Shown here: positions 27,936 to 37,342 of the stretch, one piece after another
How positions within the stretch are numbered: position 1 is the stretch's first letter
How the letters are laid out: each line of letters begins with the position of its first letter
From: Eubacteriales bacterium
Lineage (GTDB): Bacteria; Bacillota; Clostridia; Oscillospirales; CAG-272
Assembly (NCBI GenBank): GCA_045602325.1
Contig: JAZSBH010000132.1
Coordinates: 20,909-84,908 of the forward strand
Length of the DNA: 64,000 nucleotides
Direction: 5' to 3'
Translations under genes and position numbers: made by a program
Notes under the pieces: generated by a model
Database searches by the model: none
The model's input: only the letters and a program-made list of their open reading frames with translations
Told to the model about the DNA's origin: nothing

Positions 27936-28002
27936 AAAAAGGAAAGAAGACTCACACTTGACAGTACAAAATGGTTATGAAAATACTTATGAAGAGGAGA
28001 GA

Positions 28003-29007
28003 ATGGAAATAAACAAATACGATTTTTGTACAAGTATAAAGAATGATTATAAGCTGGAGATATCTGATATATCCTTGCTTGACAGTCATTTTGGCACAGA
28101 GATATATCTGATGATTGCCAACAATCAAAAATATATAGTAAAAAAACTCCCGCTTTGTTTTGAGAATGTCAACAATGAGGGCGTTGTTAGCGATTATCTT
28201 GCAAGTCACGGGATTAAGGTCGCGCGACTTCTGCAGAATAATACCGGACATTATGTTTTGAAAACATCCGAATACCAACTTACGGTTCAAGAGTATATTG
28301 AAGGGGAAATACTTCAAGTGAATCGTGCTCCAAAATGGCTTATGGGTCGTTTGGCAGAGTATCTTGGGAGAGCAACCTTGGTGCTAAAAGATTTTGAACA
28401 GTTGCCCTTGCGATTTGGAAAAGAGTTTTTTTCGCCGGGTCATGCGATTGCGAAGAAAGAACAATACGTAACGGAGCTGGCAAGAACAAAGGATCGGGGT
28501 GATTCAACCACGATTCCCATATGGGAAGAGCAAATACGGCACCTTGAAAAGATTTCAACATTTCACATTGATACCGATAAGCTCACATATACCAATTCAC
28601 ACGGGGATTATCATATTGGTCAGGTGATTGTACAAGATAAGGATATTACGGTCATTGATTGGACATCGGCTTGCCAACTGCCGATATGCTTCGAGATCAT
28701 TACTTCATATGTATTTACCGCTCCGTCCTGTTCGGAAGGTGTTATTGATGCAGAAGGATTAAAAAGATATATTCAGACTTTTACGAAATATTTTCCGCTT
28801 ACGGAGTATGATATAAAAGCGATGCCATATGTCCTGTATTTTTGGCATTGTATGTGCAATTATCGCCCTGATGAAATTGCATGTATTGCTCCCAAATATC
28901 AGCCGATCGCAAATCTGCTAACAAATATGTTAAATTGGCTATATGAGCATGTAGATGAGTTGTCAGATCGGCTTACCTTATCATCCCCGAAAGGAGCCCG
29001 CCCATGA
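28003..29007 (+). CDS. APH/choline-kinase-family phosphotransferase
   Basis: Kinase-fold motifs HGDYHIGQVIV (catalytic loop) and ITVIDWTSA (D-x-x metal-binding). ATG 28003 after GAGGAGAG. The longer ORF-track start overlaps the GNAT gene. Confidence 0.7.
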   Translation: MEINKYDFCTSIKNDYKLEISDISLLDSHFGTEIYLMIANNQKYIVKKLPLCFENVNNEGVVSDYLASHGIKVARLLQNNTGHYVLKTSEYQLTVQEYIEGEILQVNRAPKWLMGRLAEYLGRATLVLKDFEQLPLRFGKEFFSPGHAIAKKEQYVTELARTKDRGDSTTIPIWEEQIRHLEKISTFHIDTDKLTYTNSHGDYHIGQVIVQDKDITVIDWTSACQLPICFEIITSYVFTAPSCSEGVIDAEGLKRYIQTFTKYFPLTEYDIKAMPYVLYFWHCMCNYRPDEIACIAPKYQPIANLLTNMLNWLYEHVDELSDRLTLSSPKGARP

Positions 29008-29126
29008 TCCTTACCCAACCGGAAGAAAAATGCGCCGATTTTATCCGTGCCGAGGACAAGAAATTTTTTGTCGCCGTTACGCAAGCGCTGAATGAACTGG
29101 GCTACCAGAATGGTTTTATGAATTGA
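29004..29126 (+). pseudogene. truncated duplicate of the 5' end of 24598-25110
   Basis: MILTQPEEKCADFIRAEDKKFFVAVTQALNELGY then a premature stop. Near-identical DNA over ~100 nt to 24598-24699. Confidence 0.65.
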
Positions 29127-29144
29127 AAGGAGATTAACAATTTT

Positions 29145-29642
29145 ATGATGAAATCAGAATCTTTTATCTATCACAACACCGGGAAAATGCGCTTCATCGG
29201 TATTGACGCATGGCGAACAGGAGATGATTGGGGCGGCCTTTGGGAGCGTTCTTCGGACTTCCTGCCGCGTCTGGAAGCTTTGAAAGCCGAGTATGCTACA
29301 GAGATTCCTGAAGCCGCGTCCCTTATCCACTCCGGTGGCAAGGAGGTAGGTGTGGAAGAACATTTCCTGGCAGGATATTTCTTCAAAGAAGGCACGCCTG
29401 TACCCGAAGGCTTTGATTATTATGATATTGAAACAGAGCGTGTTGGTTATGCCATCTATGTCAGCGATAACATTGGCGAGGACATGGAGAGTGCATATGC
29501 TCAGACAAGAGATAGAATTTTGGGAGACGGTTATCTGGTTCCGTATCCCCAGGGATATTGGCACGCTGAGATCTATACCAACGGTCGCCCCCATGATGGT
29601 GAGTACCGCTTTGGATATATGTTCCCCATGATTGATAAATGA
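29145..29642 (+). CDS. GyrI-like / integron-cassette Cass2-like ligand-binding protein (copy 4)
   Basis: MRFIGIDAW...WGGLWERS...HFLAGYFFKEGTPVPEGFDYYDIE...YWHAEIY pattern typical of this fold. Confidence 0.6.
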   Translation: MMKSESFIYHNTGKMRFIGIDAWRTGDDWGGLWERSSDFLPRLEALKAEYATEIPEAASLIHSGGKEVGVEEHFLAGYFFKEGTPVPEGFDYYDIETERVGYAIYVSDNIGEDMESAYAQTRDRILGDGYLVPYPQGYWHAEIYTNGRPHDGEYRFGYMFPMIDK

Positions 29643-29727
29643 TTGAATAATTATGTCTGTGGTACATAGTACTTACTGCCGAAATTTCGGAGCTGTTCTA
29701 TCTCGGAAACGCTGAAAGGAAAACTAA

Positions 29728-30849
29728 ATGAGTAACACACTGGAAACTAAAACCCTCGATCAGCTGCACGACGCATTGGTCTCCTACAACAGCTATATGT
29801 GCGAAATCCCGGAAACCTTCCCGATACTGTCGGAATATCTCCATGGTCTGTCGGAATCCGAGTTCTGCAGGGCATTCGCAAAGCTTGAAAAGAGCATTAT
29901 TGACCTCTATACATATCTCACCGACTATCCGGAATCTATCGGTCTGACTGTGAGGGACAAAAAGACCGGGGAGTGGAAAATCCAATCCTCCCAGCACATC
30001 AGTTGTGTAAAGAAACTACTGTATGTTCTCGGCAGACATGGTACAATCAATGGGGATTGCCTCCATATCTCCATGAATGACCTGATGAACGCGTACATGA
30101 CCTATTACCCCAATTCCTCCGTGGAGCTGTCGGATACCGTGAAGGAATTTGAGAAGGAAAAGCAGGATAAATTTTTCACTTCCAAGCATATGCAAATGGT
30201 ATTCGATTGTTTGGCCAAGTTCGGTTTTACCTTTGACGGATTGGACGCATTGGAAACACAGGTCATAGAAGTACGTTACCCGGAAAATCCTGCGGTATTG
30301 ACGGTGCTCCATAGCTTTGCACAGGCGAAAATCTGCCGGATCAACTTTGGATTTGATTTCACCAAGTGCAATTACAGAGTGTTTGCCCATCCTACATATG
30401 GGAAACTGCCGCTTCAAGATCTGTACAGTTATCAACTGCTGTCTGAGAAGAACAAGGCCTTTCTCTTAAAGCTGAATGCGGAACTGGAAAAGATCGGCAC
30501 GACTTACGGTGAATGTGCAGGAGGATGGTACAATGGTACGCTCCCCTGCGATTACAACTACAAAAACAAACTCCGCCTCCTGCAGAACATGGAAAGCGGA
30601 TTGGTCCCTCATGTGGTACTACGATTCGGAAAAAAAGCCGAAAAAATGGCGGCATTGATTGAATCCCTCCCGGAGGAATACAAAGGGTTGGTACAGAAAT
30701 GCCGAGGCTGCAGAAAGGGTGAGTGCGACCACCGGATCCCTGTAGCGGCGGAGGGTAAAACGCAGATGATCTGTAATGTGGCTTGGTGGTACTTCCCGCC
30801 GGAAGAAAAAGCAATTCCGTATATTGTGGCGGCGTATCGGATTTCATAA
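29728..30849 (+). CDS. hypothetical protein, possibly a distant family-X relative (C-terminal C-RG-C-RKGE-C)
   Basis: 373-aa ORF with an AAGGAAAA RBS. Shares the central FGF(T/V) element and a terminal Cys cluster with family X, but similarity is weak. Confidence 0.45.
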   Translation: MSNTLETKTLDQLHDALVSYNSYMCEIPETFPILSEYLHGLSESEFCRAFAKLEKSIIDLYTYLTDYPESIGLTVRDKKTGEWKIQSSQHISCVKKLLYVLGRHGTINGDCLHISMNDLMNAYMTYYPNSSVELSDTVKEFEKEKQDKFFTSKHMQMVFDCLAKFGFTFDGLDALETQVIEVRYPENPAVLTVLHSFAQAKICRINFGFDFTKCNYRVFAHPTYGKLPLQDLYSYQLLSEKNKAFLLKLNAELEKIGTTYGECAGGWYNGTLPCDYNYKNKLRLLQNMESGLVPHVVLRFGKKAEKMAALIESLPEEYKGLVQKCRGCRKGECDHRIPVAAEGKTQMICNVAWWYFPPEEKAIPYIVAAYRIS

Positions 30850-31027
30850 CCCCCGCTTTTTGCCTTCCGTCTGGTCCAGTGTAGCATAGCTCTCGCAGCT
30901 GTCAACGTGACCGAAAAATGAAATACAACCGAGAAAGTCAAGAAGCAATACTTGGCTTTTTCTTTATCCATAAGAAGAAAGTATCCGTTCCATCAAGTGA
31001 ATCCCGTGTACATACCTGCACTTGACA
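30850..31027 (+). repeat. junction repeat, copy A (full length)
   Basis: Aligns with 38959-39141 through core ggtc(c/t)agtgtagcatagctctcgcagctgtcaacgtg ... atccataag ... cgtgtac ... ttgaca. Starts at the base after a stop codon. Confidence 0.8.
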
Positions 31028-31050
31028 TTTTTTTCTTTTTTTGCTATAAT
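31022..31050 (+). promoter_or_regulatory. consensus sigma-A promoter of the glycyl-radical enzyme operon
   Basis: TTGACA - 17 nt (T-rich) - TATAAT exactly. The -35 box is the last element of repeat A. Confidence 0.75.
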
Positions 31051-31105
31051 TACCCTCAACCCATGAACAAATCACAAATATGGTTAAAGCCACGGAGGAC
31101 AACGT

Positions 31106-32008
31106 ATGACAGGTACTATTTTCAATATCCAGCGCTTTTCCCTGTTTGACGGTCCCGGGGTGCGGACTGTTGTCTTTCTCAAAGGATGCCCGCTGCGGTG
31201 CAGGTGGTGCCACAACCCGGAGGGGCTTTCTTCCGCGCGGCAGATCATGTATAATCCCGAGCGCTGCATAGGCTGCGGTGCTTGCATAGAAGCTTGCGAT
31301 TTTGATTGCCACGCCATCAAGGACGGCATTCACACTTACGACCGTCACCACTGCATCTCCTGCGGTAGGTGCGCCGAGGTCTGCTACAGCCGAGCGCTGA
31401 CCACCGTGGGGCAGGTCGTGACCGTAGACGAGATCATGGAAACAGTTTTGAAGGACAAAGCCGTTTATCTTGAAAGCGGCGGAGGGCTGACCCTTTCAGG
31501 AGGAGAGCCGCTTTTGCAAGGTGAATTTGCCATAGCGCTGCTGAAATCCGCAAAATCTCATGGGCTGCACACCTGCGTGGAGACCTCGGGCTTTGGTAAA
31601 ACCGAGATCCTTGCAGACATGGCCCAATATGTCGATCTGTTTTTATTCGACTATAAAATAACCGGCGATGATGCGCACCGCGAGCTTTGCGGTGTGCCGC
31701 AGACCCCCATCCTGGATCATTTGACCCTTTTGGACACGCTTGGGGCTAAGGTCATTTTGCGCTGTCCTCTTCTCCCCTTTAACCGCAACGACAATCATGC
31801 CGAAGGGATCGCGAGAACCGTTCTGTCCCATCCTTCTGTCACTGAAGTGCAGATCATGCCCTATCACCGTCTCGGTATTGCCAAGTCGGAGCAGCTTGGT
31901 ATGATCCCGGAATACGAAGGGGAGGTAGAGGATCGCGCCCTCGCAGAAGCATTCGTCCGCGATGTGCAAAAAAAATGCGGAGGACGGGTTAAAGTTTCGA
32001 TAGGATAA
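31106..32008 (+). CDS. glycyl-radical enzyme activating protein (radical SAM)
   Basis: C-PLR-C-RW-C radical SAM motif near the N-terminus, plus two ferredoxin-like motifs C-IG-C-GA-C-IEA-C and C-IS-C-GR-C-AEV-C, as in PFL2/glycerol-dehydratase-type activases. Confidence 0.9.
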   Translation: MTGTIFNIQRFSLFDGPGVRTVVFLKGCPLRCRWCHNPEGLSSARQIMYNPERCIGCGACIEACDFDCHAIKDGIHTYDRHHCISCGRCAEVCYSRALTTVGQVVTVDEIMETVLKDKAVYLESGGGLTLSGGEPLLQGEFAIALLKSAKSHGLHTCVETSGFGKTEILADMAQYVDLFLFDYKITGDDAHRELCGVPQTPILDHLTLLDTLGAKVILRCPLLPFNRNDNHAEGIARTVLSHPSVTEVQIMPYHRLGIAKSEQLGMIPEYEGEVEDRALAEAFVRDVQKKCGGRVKVSIG

Positions 32009-32030
32009 TTTACCACACCAAGGAGCCATC

Positions 32031-34337
32031 ATGTATAACACGAAAGAAAAACTCATTTTCACTGACCGCATGGAAGCGGTTAAAGCTGACATCCACCCCC
32101 GTCTGCGGCTGCGCAACGCCCGCGAGGACACCTTTATAGAGCCCATTCCCCGCGACGGACGCGATCCCTTTGCCGACGTGTTTGAGGAAATGCCGGATGC
32201 GCCTTATGTTATCACGCTCGCGCACGCCATCGTCCGCTCCTGGCTGACCCTTCCCTGTGTCATTTATCCCCACGAAGCGGTGGTGGGCATTACAAGACCC
32301 ATCTATCCCGCTATGGAGCATTTCAGCTGGGGCGTCCGTTTTTTGGATCACCCCTTGCATGACAGCAGTTATCCCGAGACCGAGCGCGCCCGTATTGATG
32401 CACTTTATGACCGCATGACGCCTCTGGACTACCGCCACATCCATAAAGCCGGTCACACCATGCTCACCGAAGAAATCTACAATGCGCTTGGCAGGGAAGG
32501 AATGTTCAATGCGGGTGGCTATCAGGGTCATACCATCCCCAACTACACAACGCTGCTTACAAACGGCCTGGACGGCATGCTTGCAATTATCGACAAGTAT
32601 GCTGCCATCAACAGCCGTGATGAGGAAACGGTGGATTTCTACGAGGCAAATCGCATTTTGGTGCGCGGCATGATCGCCCATATGGAGCAGTATGCACAGC
32701 ACGCGGCGCGCCTTGCTGAAAATGAAACCGATCCTGAGCAAAAGCGTTATTACAAAGACATTGCAGCAAACTGCGCGCACGTAGCGCACAAGCCCCCCGT
32801 CACACTGTATCAGGCCGTGCAGCTGACCTGGCTTTTGTCCTTGTGGGATTGGGTGGATTGCCTTGGCCGCGTGGATCAGTTCCTTTACCCCTTCTACGAA
32901 TACTCCCGTGAGCACGGTGACGTGATCTCCCCCGAGGAGTCCATCACCTCTCTGATGTTCAAAATCTGGGAGTGCGGTGCGCACAATACCACGATTGGAG
33001 GCTGTCATCCCGAGGACGGAAGTGACGCCACTAATGATCTTTCCTATCTGTTTTTGCAGATACTGCGCAACATTCACGATACGCATCCCCGCATGGTGGT
33101 GCGAGTTGGCGAGCAGACTCCCGCCGATCTGCTCCTTCTGGCATCTACTCTGTGGGCTGAAGGAATGTGCGATCCTACCGTGGTCAGCGACGAGACGGTG
33201 ATCCCCGGTCTCCTCAAGTTGGGCGTGACCTTGGAGGATGCACGCAATTACGCTACTCTTGGCTGCCAGGAGATCGAGGTGCCCGGCAAGAGCAACACGG
33301 GCTGCGAGGATGGCTCGATGAACCTTGCCAAGATCTTTGAGATCGCCATGAGGGGAGGAAAGGCGACGCATGATCGCACCACGCAGCTGGGGCCTGTTAC
33401 CAAACCCTTTGCCGAATGCGAGACCTTTGACGAGCTGTTTGACGGCTTTGTGACCCAGATGAAATTCTTCACCGAGGTACATTGTTATCTCTGCCGTGTG
33501 GGGCAAGAGATCCGCGCCGCCAACCACGCAAAGCTGCTCAAGGGTATCTTTACCGACGGTTGCCTGGAGCGCGGCATTCCTCATGACGCAGGTGGACCTA
33601 TCTACGGCTACGGTGTCATTGAGACCGCGGGACTTGCCGCTACCGCCGATGCGTTGACCGCGATCAAAAAGCTGATATATGAGGAAAAACGCATGACCAA
33701 GGAAACCCTCCTGGCGGCTTTGGATGCCAACTTCGAGGGCTACGAGCGAGAGCGTCAGATGCTTCTCAACGCCGCTCCCAAGTTCGGCAACGACGACCCC
33801 GAGGCTGACGAAATGGCAGTTCGCGTGCTGACGCTTTACTGGGATGAGATCGCCAAGTACCAATCGGGGCGTGGCGGGGTCTACACAGGAGCTTGCTCGC
33901 TGTTGACAGCGGGTATTGCGTACGGCAAGACGCTCGGTGCATTCCCTGACGGACGCTTTGCGGGAGAACCGCTTGGCAACTCCATGGGGCCCCGTCCGGG
34001 AGCGGATAAGAGCGGACTGACCGCCATGCTCAATTCGGTCACAAAGCTCCCCATGGAAAAGGGTGTGGGCGGTACGACCCTGAACGTCATCCTGACCACA
34101 CGCATGCTATCCACTCCCGCTCTTCGCACAAGTGTATCGACGACAATCAAAACGTTCCTGACTCACGGTGGCTGCATGGCGCAGATCACCACTGCCAACA
34201 AGGACGATCTTCTGGACGCCAAGTGCCATCCCGATCGCCACGGAGATCTCACCGTCCGTGTGGGCGGCTACAGCATTCAGTTCGTGCAGCTCGACAGCGA
34301 GACCCAGGATGAAATCATCAGTCGATATTGTTCATAA
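32031..34337 (+). CDS. glycyl radical enzyme, PFL2 / dehydratase-lyase branch, substrate unknown
   Basis: 768 aa with the C-terminal glycyl radical motif TVRVGGYSIQF and a Cys loop LGCQEIEV (Cys-x-Glu). AGGAG RBS. Confidence 0.85.
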   Translation: MYNTKEKLIFTDRMEAVKADIHPRLRLRNAREDTFIEPIPRDGRDPFADVFEEMPDAPYVITLAHAIVRSWLTLPCVIYPHEAVVGITRPIYPAMEHFSWGVRFLDHPLHDSSYPETERARIDALYDRMTPLDYRHIHKAGHTMLTEEIYNALGREGMFNAGGYQGHTIPNYTTLLTNGLDGMLAIIDKYAAINSRDEETVDFYEANRILVRGMIAHMEQYAQHAARLAENETDPEQKRYYKDIAANCAHVAHKPPVTLYQAVQLTWLLSLWDWVDCLGRVDQFLYPFYEYSREHGDVISPEESITSLMFKIWECGAHNTTIGGCHPEDGSDATNDLSYLFLQILRNIHDTHPRMVVRVGEQTPADLLLLASTLWAEGMCDPTVVSDETVIPGLLKLGVTLEDARNYATLGCQEIEVPGKSNTGCEDGSMNLAKIFEIAMRGGKATHDRTTQLGPVTKPFAECETFDELFDGFVTQMKFFTEVHCYLCRVGQEIRAANHAKLLKGIFTDGCLERGIPHDAGGPIYGYGVIETAGLAATADALTAIKKLIYEEKRMTKETLLAALDANFEGYERERQMLLNAAPKFGNDDPEADEMAVRVLTLYWDEIAKYQSGRGGVYTGACSLLTAGIAYGKTLGAFPDGRFAGEPLGNSMGPRPGADKSGLTAMLNSVTKLPMEKGVGGTTLNVILTTRMLSTPALRTSVSTTIKTFLTHGGCMAQITTANKDDLLDAKCHPDRHGDLTVRVGGYSIQFVQLDSETQDEIISRYCS

Positions 34338-34364
34338 CGTCAACTATTCTGATGAAAAATGTTC

Positions 34365-34412
34365 CCGATTTTTCACCTTTCGTCCGTGTCCAGTGTAGCA
34401 TAGCTCTCGCAA
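34365..34412 (+). repeat. junction repeat, copy B (5' part only)
   Basis: cccgatttttcacctttcgtccgtgtccagtgtagcatagctctcgca matches the first ~50 nt of copies A and C, then diverges. Confidence 0.8.
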
Positions 34413-34529
34413 AAGTATATTGATTCGAAAGAATGGATACCAAAGATACGAGTGGTCAATCTCAGATTTGGAAATATTAAAAATATAATTCTTTTACTCA
34501 GGACTTGAAATAGGCTTCTGGGAGAGTGT

Positions 34530-34600
34530 TTCAACCGCCATTAGAAATTTTCTCTCCAAACAAGTTATTGCTTTTCTATTCGTTTATGCTATAATATAAT
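34530..34600 (+). promoter_or_regulatory. promoter/operator repeat, copy 1 (upstream of XRE-TPR regulator)
   Basis: ttcaacc..ttagaaa..tctctccaaacaagttattg.ttttct.ttcgtt ending in an extended -10 (tgcTATAAT). Near-identical copy at 35609-35677. Confidence 0.65.
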
Positions 34601-34640
34601 CAGGACAAGCGCTGATCCTAAAACAATACGGAGGAAAGCA

Positions 34641-35456
34641 ATGATTAAGATTGGAGAAAAGATAAAGTTTTTAAGAAAGCAGAAAAATATATCCCAAGAA
34701 GTACTTGCCAACTATCTTGGTGTATCATTTCAAGCCGTTTCAAAGTGGGAGAACGGCAGTACAATGCCGGATGTTACCCTAATTCCTGCTATCGCATCAT
34801 TTTTCGGCGTTACTACCGATGAGATTTTTGATTTCAATCTGATGGAAATGGAAAAACAGGTGGATGCAATCTGTGATGAAGCATTAGAATACCGCCTAAG
34901 TGATTCAGAAAGAGCTGAGCGTATCCTGCGTGAAGGATTACGAAAATTCCCTGGGAACGACACAATACTGAATAACTTGCTTTACACATTAGATATGCAT
35001 ATGAGAGCAGACGAGGTTATAACTCTCTGTAAATCTCTCATAGAGGCAACGAAGGACGATTCGATTAAATACGATGTTTGCCGGATTCTTGCAACGTGCT
35101 ACAAGGAAAACGGAGAACGTGAACTGGTTAAATCAACCTTGGAAATGATTCCGGAGTTTTATTTCTCAAAGCTGGGGCTTGCGGCATCGCTATTGGATGG
35201 CGAGGACAGCTATGAAGCTGCGCAGAAACAGAAGAATATTTCTGCGGAAGACTTAATCGATATGCTGATGATTACAGGCAAACGCTTGCAGGAAATAGGA
35301 GAAAACGATAAAGCCATTTCCCAATTCAGAATAGCGCAAAAGGTCATGGATGCTTTTGCCGAGGATTTTCTGGAAACCAAGTGGTTCGAGGCAACGGTCT
35401 ATGAGTACACAAGCGCGCAACGGAAGGAAATCGAACAACTCATTAATGAAGCATAA
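34641..35456 (+). CDS. XRE-family HTH regulator with C-terminal TPR-like helical domain (RNPP-like architecture)
   Basis: ISQEVLANYLGVSFQAVSKWENGSTMPDVTLIPAIASFF is an XRE HTH. It is followed by ~200 aa of helical-repeat sequence. Confidence 0.75.
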   Translation: MIKIGEKIKFLRKQKNISQEVLANYLGVSFQAVSKWENGSTMPDVTLIPAIASFFGVTTDEIFDFNLMEMEKQVDAICDEALEYRLSDSERAERILREGLRKFPGNDTILNNLLYTLDMHMRADEVITLCKSLIEATKDDSIKYDVCRILATCYKENGERELVKSTLEMIPEFYFSKLGLAASLLDGEDSYEAAQKQKNISAEDLIDMLMITGKRLQEIGENDKAISQFRIAQKVMDAFAEDFLETKWFEATVYEYTSAQRKEIEQLINEA

Positions 35457-35491
35457 CCTTCGCCTCAAGCGGCTGATACTAAATACGGACA

Positions 35492-35521
35492 AAGGGTTCA
35501 GGATGAAAGTTCTGAACCCTT
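35492..35521 (+). terminator. hairpin terminator after the regulator gene
   Basis: Perfect 10-bp stem aagggttcag / ctgaaccctt, but the T-run is short. Confidence 0.5.
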
Positions 35522-35608
35522 TGCCGTGTTTATAGGTGGAATGTAAGATGTAAGTAGAAATTATACAATCACGATTTTCGGTTATGATATATATAGTCAT
35601 ACCCGATA

Positions 35609-35677
35609 TTCAACCTGCGTTAGAAAAAATCTCTCCAAACAAGTTATTGTTTTCTCTTCGTTGCTGTGGTATCATAG
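35609..35677 (+). promoter_or_regulatory. promoter/operator repeat, copy 2 (upstream of ABC exporter genes)
   Basis: Same ~70-nt block as 34530-34600, ending in an extended -10 (tggTATCAT). Confidence 0.65.
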
Positions 35678-35749
35678 TGCTGGTGAAAGTTGATACGGTC
35701 ATAGGGCTCTTTCACTCGTCTACGCCGGTATAGGAGGAAAATATAAGAA

Positions 35750-37342
35750 ATGAAACTAAAAGATCTCACACGTTTTATAAGAAATAAGTTTCGATTTTAT
35801 ATCTTTTTTACGTGTATGAAAGAGTTGATACGCACCTTTATTAGCATTTTTATCCCCATTTTGTTATCAAAAATTATATTGAAAGCTACAGCGGGAAATG
35901 TGAATGAGGTGTTGTTTTTTGCTATCATCATTCTTTCGATCAAACTTGTAGAATTGATTATTTTCTGCATAACTGATATTCAGCTTCAAAAAAACTTATC
36001 AAAAAACAAACATGTCTGCAAATTGGAGTTTTATAAGTTCTTCTTCGACAGACCCCTACATGAGTTGTTTTCCCTTAAAGTTGGAGACACGAAAGAAAAA
36101 CTAAACGACGATTTTGAGACTATAACGAAAAAATATACCTCAACCTACCCCAAAACCATCACATCCCTGTTGTCCGCCATTGCATATTTTCTATATTTGG
36201 TTTCCTTGAGTCCATGGATCGCGCTTATTTTCTTTGCGATCTCGCTGCTGCAAGTGATCCCTCCTATATTGATTCGAAAGTATCTTCAGGTAAATTATGA
36301 TGACTGCCGAGATATAGAGGCAGAATTAACAGACTTCGTTATTGGAGGATATCGGGCATTTTTGCTGATTAAGCTATATAAGCTGGACAACTGGTGGAAG
36401 AAAAAGCTCGCCGGACTTCACAAGAAGTATTCGAAAATCGGAAGAAAAAGCATCTACACGGGAACCGCAGAAAGTGTACTTAATGATATTATCAACAGTA
36501 TTCTTACATATGTTACATACGGTATTATCGGTTTGCTTGTTTTGAACGGTGTTGTCACACTTGAAGTTGGTATTCAGGCAATCGCCGTATCCGGAAGTGT
36601 TTTCGGATTGGTCAAGACCATATTTGAGGTGATTCGTGATGTTGCCGTGAGCAGAGCAGCCGAAATTCGACTTTCCGATTCGTCCATGTCAACTGAATCA
36701 ACCGAAGCCCATATACGCACAGGCAATATCAACGTTTCGGATTTAACTTTTTCGTATGATGAAAATGTGCTGATTTCAAACCTGAGCCTTTCCATGGATC
36801 ATCCCAAAATATCTGTCATGAAAGGAGCCAACGGAAGCGGTAAAACGACCTTGCTTCATTTGATTGCCGGTGTTTTGAAAAGCAACACGGGAGAAGTATC
36901 CATAGATGGCATTTCTTCGTCTGCTCTTTCTTCCTTCAACTATCCAAGGAATTTGTTCTTCCTTCCGCAAGAAGATGCCGTATTCAATTTCACGGCAATA
37001 GAGTTGTTTTCCATGATGCTTCCTGACCGTAAGGACAAGGTTTTGGAGCAAGCAAAAAGATTTGGCTTGAATGAAAACTTATTGCATGGCGCCCAAATAA
37101 GTGAGCTGTCCGGCGGAGAGCGAAAAAAGGTCTTTCTTTCAATTGCGTTTGTGATAAATCCCATATTGATGATATTAGATGAACCAACAAATTCGTTGGA
37201 TATGGAGGGAAAAGCTCAGCTCAAAGAATTATTGCGTCAGAGAGAAGGACATACGCTGCTTGTGACACATGACGGATTTATGGATGATATGGCAGGGTAC
37301 ACATACGAGATCAATAAAGGAGCCAATGATGAACACATATAA
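35750..37342 (+). CDS. ABC exporter, fused permease-ATPase subunit 1
   Basis: N-terminal ~300 aa with six hydrophobic helices. Walker A GANGSGKTT, signature LSGGERKK, Walker B LMILDEPT. Confidence 0.85.
   Translation: MKLKDLTRFIRNKFRFYIFFTCMKELIRTFISIFIPILLSKIILKATAGNVNEVLFFAIIILSIKLVELIIFCITDIQLQKNLSKNKHVCKLEFYKFFFDRPLHELFSLKVGDTKEKLNDDFETITKKYTSTYPKTITSLLSAIAYFLYLVSLSPWIALIFFAISLLQVIPPILIRKYLQVNYDDCRDIEAELTDFVIGGYRAFLLIKLYKLDNWWKKKLAGLHKKYSKIGRKSIYTGTAESVLNDIINSILTYVTYGIIGLLVLNGVVTLEVGIQAIAVSGSVFGLVKTIFEVIRDVAVSRAAEIRLSDSSMSTESTEAHIRTGNINVSDLTFSYDENVLISNLSLSMDHPKISVMKGANGSGKTTLLHLIAGVLKSNTGEVSIDGISSSALSSFNYPRNLFFLPQEDAVFNFTAIELFSMMLPDRKDKVLEQAKRFGLNENLLHGAQISELSGGERKKVFLSIAFVINPILMILDEPTNSLDMEGKAQLKELLRQREGHTLLVTHDGFMDDMAGYTYEINKGANDEHI

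Noticed and set aside
32010-33863. 617-aa minus-strand ORF opposite the glycyl radical enzyme
   Set aside because: The plus-strand frame carries the glycyl-radical and Cys-loop motifs. The antisense frame has none.
35447-35535. Short ORFs (29 aa, and 10-aa MKVLNPLPCL) just after the XRE-TPR regulator, considered as a signalling-peptide gene
   Set aside because: The sequence forms the perfect 10-bp terminator hairpin, and there is no RBS or signal-like hydrophobic leader. I keep it only as a remote possibility under the regulator/ABC finding.
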